Positions 57,957 through 64,000 of a stretch of DNA of 64,000 nucleotides are shown piece by piece. The stretch comes from Trueperaceae bacterium (lineage in GTDB: Bacteria > Deinococcota > Deinococci > Deinococcales > Trueperaceae), in assembly GCA_965215565.1 (NCBI GenBank), contig CBDCDZ010000004.1, positions 768,001 through 832,000 on the forward strand, given 5' to 3'. The stretch's first letter is position 1; every line of letters begins with the position of its first letter. The notes beneath the pieces were generated by a model. It saw only the letters and a program-made list of their open reading frames with translations, was not told the DNA's origin and ran no database searches. The translations under genes and the position numbers were made by a program.

Positions 57957-58205
57957 ATGGCTCATAGTTTGGAACTCGACGAAATGCTCGTCACGGTTGC
58001 CTGCCGCGTTAAGACCATGCGCACACAGGGTGGCATGATGCCTGAAGACCTAGCCGATAAAGCGCAGATCGACTTACCTGTCGTACACGAGATTGAGGCG
58101 GCGCGGCGCAACATGACCTTAACGGAACTCTACCGGCTCGCCAGGGCTTTCGACGTCTGGCCCAGCGACCTCGTTGCAGACTTTCCGGGGGATGCGTCAC
58201 AATGA
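57957..58205 (+). CDS. Xre-family HTH protein (divergent recognition helix)
   Basis: RVKTMR...EDLADKAQID...HEIEAARRNMTLTELYRLARAFDV. Confidence 0.8.
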   Translation: MAHSLELDEMLVTVACRVKTMRTQGGMMPEDLADKAQIDLPVVHEIEAARRNMTLTELYRLARAFDVWPSDLVADFPGDASQ

Positions 58206-58209
58206 CGTC

Positions 58210-58461
58210 ATGGCTAATCAAAAGAGGGCGTTCAGTCCCGAGTTCGAGGCGTTTAGAGACGCAGTGGGCGTGCGCGTCGCAGAAGTTCGTAGAGACAAAG
58301 GACTGACCCAAGCTGAACTCGCAGAGAAGACGGAGTTACAGCGTACTCACATCAGCCGCATCGAGAACGGTCAGAAGGACCTGAACCTATCGACGCTCTA
58401 CAGATTGGCGAAAGAACTCGAGGTGCGCCCTAGCTACCTTATCGACGTAGCCTTTCCTTAG
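58210..58461 (+). CDS. Xre-family HTH protein (C-protein-like)
   Basis: GLTQAELAEKTELQRTHISRIENGQKDLNLSTLYRLA. Confidence 0.9.
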   Translation: MANQKRAFSPEFEAFRDAVGVRVAEVRRDKGLTQAELAEKTELQRTHISRIENGQKDLNLSTLYRLAKELEVRPSYLIDVAFP

Positions 58462-58522
58462 AGGAGGGAGGGACGAGTCTCGAGCGCTGCTATTTCGACA
58501 AGGTATCGTAAGGGAGAGAGCT

Positions 58523-59056
58523 TTGCCGATAACGCTCAACGGTATTTCCGTTCATGCCCGCTCTGACGACGTTGAACGTCGAGCGCTCGCACGATGCGGT
58601 CATCTCTTCTTGAGGAAGCCGATAACTTTGTTGCTCGATGATCGACCCGGCTACGCTTTAGAGGCGCTTCCTTCGCTAGCTAGACCCATATTGCTTGTCA
58701 CCGCGAACCGCTCGCCCCACTACCTCCTGGACCTGCTTGACGAGCAGCCGGAGGGTCTGCTGGTGACGCGAGCACTGCCGCCGAATCTAATTTGCCACCT
58801 TATGCGGGTAGCAGCAGGGGAGCGTTTCTACGAGGGTCCGCCGCCTAGTCAAACGCTCCTGACACCGCGCGAGCGCGAGGTGCTGCGACGCACGATGTAC
58901 GGGGAGAGCATCGAGGCATTGGCGCGGTCGCTCGGCATCATTCCCTACACCGCAGGAGAACACCTCAGGCACATCATGGAGAAACTCGGTGTGGAGCGCA
59001 GTGTCGAACTGGCTTTGGCTTACTTCGCTGGGGACACAGCCCAGCTTGTCGTATGA
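58523..59056 (+). CDS. LuxR-type HTH regulator with degenerate receiver-like N-terminus
   Basis: VAAGERFY...LTPREREVLR...HLRHIMEKLGV. No canonical receiver signature seen. Confidence 0.7.
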   Translation: MPITLNGISVHARSDDVERRALARCGHLFLRKPITLLLDDRPGYALEALPSLARPILLVTANRSPHYLLDLLDEQPEGLLVTRALPPNLICHLMRVAAGERFYEGPPPSQTLLTPREREVLRRTMYGESIEALARSLGIIPYTAGEHLRHIMEKLGVERSVELALAYFAGDTAQLVV

Positions 59057-59328
59057 GGAAAACGACGAAGAACACCCCAGAGGTACAGGACTATCGCCTT
59101 AGCGAACTCGAGCGTGATTACGAAGCTATGACGAAGCAGATTTACCGCATGGCGCTGCGCCACGAAGATATCAGGCAGGAGGTCAGACAATCGAGGGAGG
59201 AGACAAAACGGGGATTGGATGATTTAGGTGATCTTCTACGTAGCCGCTCTTTCTGGACGATATTTACGCTCCTAGCTGGCCTCTTTTTTCTCGCTATCCT
59301 GATCGTTGAAATTCGCATGAGCCTGTAG
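59053..59328 (+). CDS. Small coiled-coil protein with a C-terminal TM helix
   Basis: Heptad-rich N-terminus, then FWTIFTLLAGLFFLAILIV. Overlaps the upstream gene by 4 bp. Confidence 0.6.
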   Translation: MRKTTKNTPEVQDYRLSELERDYEAMTKQIYRMALRHEDIRQEVRQSREETKRGLDDLGDLLRSRSFWTIFTLLAGLFFLAILIVEIRMSL

Positions 59329-59430
59329 CATCTGTACAACACCACCCACGCCGCTACAAAGCCCAACGCTCTTCTGAGGTGAACGTGAGCTGATTGAGTT
59401 GTGTCACTCCGATAAAGCAAAACTCTTTAC

Positions 59431-60432
59431 TTAGCCTACTTCTTCCTCTCGCTCGCGCATCTGTAAAATTGTCTCAAAAATAATGTCTTCATCGTCATCG
59501 ACTTGGATGTTTTGGCTTTCAAGATGGCAGACGGCTTCACGGAACTCTAACCCGCTCACCACCGGAAGAGATTTGGGTGCGCAAGGGAGAGGGAGGTAAA
59601 TGCGTAGTTTAGGTTCGAAATACCAATCGCGGTTCTCAATTCGTTCGTCGCCGCGGATGGTAAATCTACGCTTTTTGGTTTTAGAGTAGGGCGCGTCTAT
59701 CCAAGGTCTTATAGGATTGCGAAAGTAATCAACGTAGTTAAAGCGGGTGCTGAAACTTTGAGGCCGAGGCGCGCTAGGATACGCAAAAATAGCGTTCCTA
59801 CGGTAATTAGGGTTGTGATATCTATTAGATTCAGTTACCGGTTTCCGTCTTGCCAGATATCTGTAAAAGCTAGCTCGACTTATCCTCCATCTCCGACACA
59901 TTTCTTCGATAGAGAACCCCATGAACTTGTTTTGGTGGATTATATATCGATAGAGGTCCTCCCCAAGAGCTACTGGACGACCTCGGTTTCGAATATTCCA
60001 TCTTTTCTGGGTCAATAGACGATTGAGTCTTCTTTTCTCTCTTCGTCTCATTAACTTGAATAAGACTAGCGGCTTAGGTCCACTAACACCGCTCGGCAAC
60101 CACTTAGAAGTCAGATGAGTTAGGCACCGCCTAGCTCTTTGCTTTCCCAGCCTCTTCTTGATGCGGCCAAGTACCCAGACTTCAACCCGCTCAATTGTGC
60201 GACTCACTGTAGAGACCGCAACGCCGTATTGAGTTGCAAGCTCCGACAGAGAAGCAGGCTGCATCCAAAAGCGGTGTGTGAGCTTCGCCTGTTCAAGCGG
60301 GTCGAAAACAGACTGAGTTCCCCTCGTACCCTGTTGGCGAGCTTCAACATACTCATCGAGAAGTCTTTCTGCCTCCTCAACCGCTTCGGAGTAAAGATCA
60401 AATTCCCAAATTGCCATTCGTGGGCCCAACAC
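59431..60432 (-). CDS. Hypothetical basic protein with two HTH-like motifs
   Basis: SLSELATQYGVAVSTVSRTI and GRP...FSIEEMCRRWRISRASFYRYL. AT-rich; the ATG at 60417 may be the true start. Confidence 0.6.
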   Translation of the reverse strand: MLGPRMAIWEFDLYSEAVEEAERLLDEYVEARQQGTRGTQSVFDPLEQAKLTHRFWMQPASLSELATQYGVAVSTVSRTIERVEVWVLGRIKKRLGKQRARRCLTHLTSKWLPSGVSGPKPLVLFKLMRRREKRRLNRLLTQKRWNIRNRGRPVALGEDLYRYIIHQNKFMGFSIEEMCRRWRISRASFYRYLARRKPVTESNRYHNPNYRRNAIFAYPSAPRPQSFSTRFNYVDYFRNPIRPWIDAPYSKTKKRRFTIRGDERIENRDWYFEPKLRIYLPLPCAPKSLPVVSGLEFREAVCHLESQNIQVDDDEDIIFETILQMREREEEVG

Positions 60433-60959
60433 ACAACGATTCTACTAGATACTAGTCTTATGTGCAAAATAAGAAACTTTTCGAGACATATTGGAGAAGT
60501 CGTTTATCCACTCTCAAACTCGAAAACTCACTTAATAACGTAGTAATTTCAAGTACCACGCGGCAGAAAAGATGAGAGTAAGTACGTCCTAGACGCATTT
60601 GACAGCGTTTATGGAAGTCTGCTATGACTGTGTTAAAGGGCTAGGTGAAAAGAATGTAATAAGTACTTTTAGCGGCTTTTCAATATAGGAAATCTCGGTT
60701 ATTTGCAGTAACCGAGAAATCCAGATGATCTAATTTGCTTCCGACCTAGTGAGCAGCTTAGACCATCTGGACAGGTGCCGTCAACCCTCGAGAAAGGGAG
60801 TAAGGATGCTGTCCAAGTTAGGAAAAAACTTTTTCGTAGACGCTAATCTCAAGCAAAACGGAGTGCAAATTTACCAAGGGCTCGTTGCTGACGCCTCCAT
60901 TGCTGCTGTAAATGCGGCCTCGCGCGGGTGCAAACCTCTACGGCAGGACCAGGGGCGTC

Positions 60960-61790
60960 ATGCCACAAGGTAAGAAGCGTATGGATGCTGCAGAAGCGCA
61001 AGCAGCCCAGGATAAGGCGATTGCGAAGTGGCGTAAGACAGGCGATGGTCATGGTCAAAACTACGAACCGTGGCTCACCGTTAGAAGAGTGCCGTCGCAC
61101 GGCCGCGTCAGCCGGGTTCTTGGGCGAGTCACAGGCCGCGTGCACCACCTGATGAGCGACCTGGAGACGAACACGTTTTACGTCCTCGACGCTAGCGACA
61201 ACGTTCTCGACATCCGTGAGCAGTACCCCTTATTGCCGTTGGAGGAAACTCTCGAGATTGCAGAAGCCAACACCCTCAAGCATCCCAAACACCCCCGTTG
61301 GAAAGGACCAATTATCATGACGACTGATTTTCTAGTTACACGTGGCGGCGACCTCGGAGATTATCAGGAGGCGTGGTCCGTTAAGCCTTCGTCGGTGCTC
61401 AGTAACAAGCGAGCGCTCGAGAAACTTGAAATCGAAAGGCTGTTCTGGCAAGCTCGGTCAACACCTTGGTATCTGATTACAGAGCGTGAACTGCCCAAAG
61501 GACTGCTGCACAACCTGCGCTGGCTCGCCGCCGCGAGAGACCTGAGCGACTTCCACGTTCCTGCCGACAGGCTCGAGGGTGTACTAGACGAACTCTACCT
61601 CACAATCACTGTCTCCGACGAGCCGCTGGCTAGTTTGTGCAGCCAAATGGACGGGCGGCTCGGGTTACGTGCCGGGACGTCTCTGACAGCGGTGCGACAC
61701 GCTCTCGCGACGAAACGCTGGCACGTAGACCTCACGAAGGCGATTGACCCCGACCGGCCCTCACTGGGTCTCACCCGTATCGATGGATAA
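60960..61790 (+). CDS. tnsA: Tn7-like TnsA endonuclease
   Basis: G.G.G..Y.PWLTV..VPSHGR, TGRVHHLMSDLE, DIREQYPL, MTTDFLV, VKP, EKLEIER.FW. Confidence 0.93.
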   Translation: MPQGKKRMDAAEAQAAQDKAIAKWRKTGDGHGQNYEPWLTVRRVPSHGRVSRVLGRVTGRVHHLMSDLETNTFYVLDASDNVLDIREQYPLLPLEETLEIAEANTLKHPKHPRWKGPIIMTTDFLVTRGGDLGDYQEAWSVKPSSVLSNKRALEKLEIERLFWQARSTPWYLITERELPKGLLHNLRWLAAARDLSDFHVPADRLEGVLDELYLTITVSDEPLASLCSQMDGRLGLRAGTSLTAVRHALATKRWHVDLTKAIDPDRPSLGLTRIDG

Positions 61791-64000
61791 ACCCACTCTG
61801 TCGCCCTCGGTGAACGCCGGAACGAACGACCTTCCCGCAAAGCGCGATATCTTCGCGCTTAACGCCCTTTTCTATATCGTCGATCTCTCTCCCCCCGAAA
61901 AGGATAAGGAAAAGGAACACAAGTTCCAGCGTCTGCTCTGGGCAGTCCCGGATACCGAGCAACTGGTTATGATCGACGTGCCGACCACGAGCCCACCCTT
62001 CTGGATAACACGCAGCGCCCTGCTCTACGAACTCGACGAAGGCAACCTGGTGCTCCAAATGCAGGACCCGTTCGCGCCCCCATCTGTGCAGGAGGAGGAC
62101 CTCACGGAGAAAGAGCGCAACATCCGGGACCGCCGCTGGGCGCTTATCGAGCCACTCGTCACCGACGCGAAGCGCCGAATTTTCTATCCCGAGCACAGCG
62201 GGGCGCTCATCGCCGAGGCGAGTCGGGCGGGCAAAACCTGTCGCACCAACATGCACAAGTTCCTTCGCCTCTACTGGCAGGGCGGGCAGGTGCCAAACGC
62301 CCTCTTACCAGCATTTCACCGATGCGGTGGTCGGGGAAAGCCTAAGACGATTGACGAGGACAAACGAGGCCGACCGAGCAAATTGGCGTTGGTTGATGCG
62401 ACGCGCATCGGCATCAACATTACGAAGGAGCAAGCGGTAAAGTTGGTCGCAGGAGGGCGTAAGTTCATCGAAAAGATGGGTCTTTCGCAAAAGGCTGCCC
62501 ACCGCGAGACGATCCGCGTTTATTTTAGCGAGGGACTCGAGTGGCAAGACGGGAAGCTCGTCGCTATATTGCCAGAGGCGCACCTGCTGCCCACGTTCGA
62601 CCAGTTCATTTATCACTATGGAAAGGTGCGGTCCAACACGGACGCCGTGCGCATCCGTGTCGGGTCGAGGCGCTTCAACCTCCAACACCGGCCCGTGCTC
62701 GGTTCCTCAACAGATAACACGTTTGGTCCTGGTTCGGAGTACCAGGTTGACGCGACCGTCGGTGACCTTTACCTCCTGAGTAGGATTCTCAAGGGGCGCG
62801 TTATCGGGCGTCCTGTCATCTACCTCGTTATCGATAGCTTCTCTCGCATGGTCGTGGGCATCCATGTCGGTCTCGAGGGGCCGAGTTGGTTAGGTATGAT
62901 GCTCGCGCTCGAAAATGCCTTCACCGGCAAAGTGGATTTCTGCCGCCGCTTCGGGCGTGACATCACCGAGGACGAGTGGCCCTGTCATCACTTCCCCGAA
63001 ACCCTCTTAGGAGACCGCGGCGAGCTGATCAGCAAGCACGCGGATCAGCTTGTGAAAGCCTTCGGCATCCGCGTACCGAACACCGCGTCGTGGCGACCGG
63101 ACTGGAAACCCATCGTCGAGAGGAGCTTTCGGACGCTGAACGACGAGGTCATCGACTGGCAGCCCGGCGCGGTACATGAGGTGCGCGAGCGCGGCGAACC
63201 CGACTACCGGCTCGACGCGACCCTGACCCTCGAGGACTTCACCGAAATGCTGATCGTCCTTATCCTGCACTACAACCACAATCATTCCATCCAGGAGGAC
63301 ATGCTTCCCCTCGGGTTCCCCTACCCGGAGCACGGGAACCCGACGCCCATCGAGCTTTGGAACTGGGGCATCGAGCACCGGAGCGGATACCTGAGGATGG
63401 CGGACAGGACACGTGTACGCGCCAACCTCTTGCCCGCGAAGGAGGTCTCGGTGACGTCTCGCGGATTGAACTACCACGGCCAGCACTACGCGCCGCTCAG
63501 CCTCTTGGAGAATTACGGCGACGAGGACCCGGATGCGGCGCACTTCGAGAACTGGTTCCTGCGTAAGTTGGGGCGCAAGACCCGTAAGGTCGAACTCGCC
63601 GTCGATCCGCGTGACGTCTCTTTCGCCTATATCCGTCTCGAGCGTGGCCGCGTTCTCGTGCCCTGCGGCCTCCTGCGCGGCGACCGGCGCTTCGCCGGGA
63701 TGTCGTTCCAAGAGGTGATGGACGCGCGTGCTGTGAAAGCTATCAGCAACCAGGTGAATCAGACCGAAGTGCTCCGCGACTGGGCGGCGTTCCGCGCCGA
63801 GGTTGAGGCTATTGAAGAACGCGCCTGCAAGCAGCGGGACGACGCCTTGGGCAGCGCGAACACCCCTGCGAACGTCAAGAACATCCGCGAAACGCGCAGC
63901 GTCGAGCGGCGGGAGCTTCAGCGCGAAGGGGTCTGGTACTTGGGCGACGTCCCTCATACGGATGATGCCCCTGACGCAGCAGAAAACCCAGATCATCAAG
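61783..64000 (+). CDS. tnsB: Tn7-like TnsB DDE transposase, 3'-partial
   Basis: ATG 61783 overlaps tnsA and the frame appears open to the window end, so it is absent from the ORF track. Motifs GPGSEYQVDAT, IGRPVIYLVIDSFSRMVVG, LLGDRGE, WKPIVERSF. Confidence 0.93.
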   Translation, partial: MDKPTLSPSVNAGTNDLPAKRDIFALNALFYIVDLSPPEKDKEKEHKFQRLLWAVPDTEQLVMIDVPTTSPPFWITRSALLYELDEGNLVLQMQDPFAPPSVQEEDLTEKERNIRDRRWALIEPLVTDAKRRIFYPEHSGALIAEASRAGKTCRTNMHKFLRLYWQGGQVPNALLPAFHRCGGRGKPKTIDEDKRGRPSKLALVDATRIGINITKEQAVKLVAGGRKFIEKMGLSQKAAHRETIRVYFSEGLEWQDGKLVAILPEAHLLPTFDQFIYHYGKVRSNTDAVRIRVGSRRFNLQHRPVLGSSTDNTFGPGSEYQVDATVGDLYLLSRILKGRVIGRPVIYLVIDSFSRMVVGIHVGLEGPSWLGMMLALENAFTGKVDFCRRFGRDITEDEWPCHHFPETLLGDRGELISKHADQLVKAFGIRVPNTASWRPDWKPIVERSFRTLNDEVIDWQPGAVHEVRERGEPDYRLDATLTLEDFTEMLIVLILHYNHNHSIQEDMLPLGFPYPEHGNPTPIELWNWGIEHRSGYLRMADRTRVRANLLPAKEVSVTSRGLNYHGQHYAPLSLLENYGDEDPDAAHFENWFLRKLGRKTRKVELAVDPRDVSFAYIRLERGRVLVPCGLLRGDRRFAGMSFQEVMDARAVKAISNQVNQTEVLRDWAAFRAEVEAIEERACKQRDDALGSANTPANVKNIRETRSVERRELQREGVWYLGDVPHTDDAPDAAENPDHQ

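Larger units (their letters stand above)
42899..64000 (+). mobile_element. Tn7-like transposon (partial; other end beyond the window)
   Basis: Terminal TGTAGCGA plus TnsB-type repeats, defence cargo, and tnsA-tnsB at 60960-64000. Linking the end to these tns genes is an inference. Confidence 0.8.

Noticed and set aside
60718..60808. SAM-I riboswitch upstream of tnsA
   Set aside because: ATCCAGA, GGTGCC and GGAT are present, but the GAGGGA kink-turn and GCAACC core are missing.
63007..63999. 330-aa minus-strand ORF and similar long antisense ORFs (e.g. 57068-57667, 27776-28288, 61771-62256)
   Set aside because: They shadow well-supported genes on the other strand, as expected in GC-rich DNA.
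42899..64000. CRISPR-associated transposon (CAST)
   Set aside because: No cas, tnpB or repeat-spacer array is visible in the element within this window. The downstream part is unseen, so it is unsupported rather than excluded.

Overview
GC-rich bacterial chromosome segment, probably Deinococcota. This is inferred from a CrtO-type ketolase, a Val T-box on valS, an intein-bearing class II RNR and Deinococcus-style intergenic repeats. Bases 1-42,890 are mostly housekeeping and envelope genes: a phosphatase-ABC-thioredoxin cluster interrupted by yefM-yoeB, valS, crtO, a MogA/MoaB gene, surE, tRNA-Arg(CCG), a PPIase, purH and nrdJ. The spacers hold a nested, modular family of small dispersed repeats and a decayed IS5. 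Eight bases after the nrdJ stop codon a clear Tn7-like end begins (TGT plus three 20-bp-periodic TnsB-type sites). It is followed by about 18 kb of defence-type cargo: a 1310-aa SIR2-domain protein, a type I R-M locus whose hsdS is hit by a frameshift and an IS5, a nested MNT-HEPN pair, and a nested antisense NACHT protein with a 26-aa variable repeat array. Then come HTH regulators, an orphan dual-HTH protein, tnsA and tnsB (running off the window). The best novelty candidate is this Tn7-like defence transposon, apparently homing to the 3' end of nrdJ, and its NLR-like/SIR2 cargo. All calls are by eye; no searches were run.
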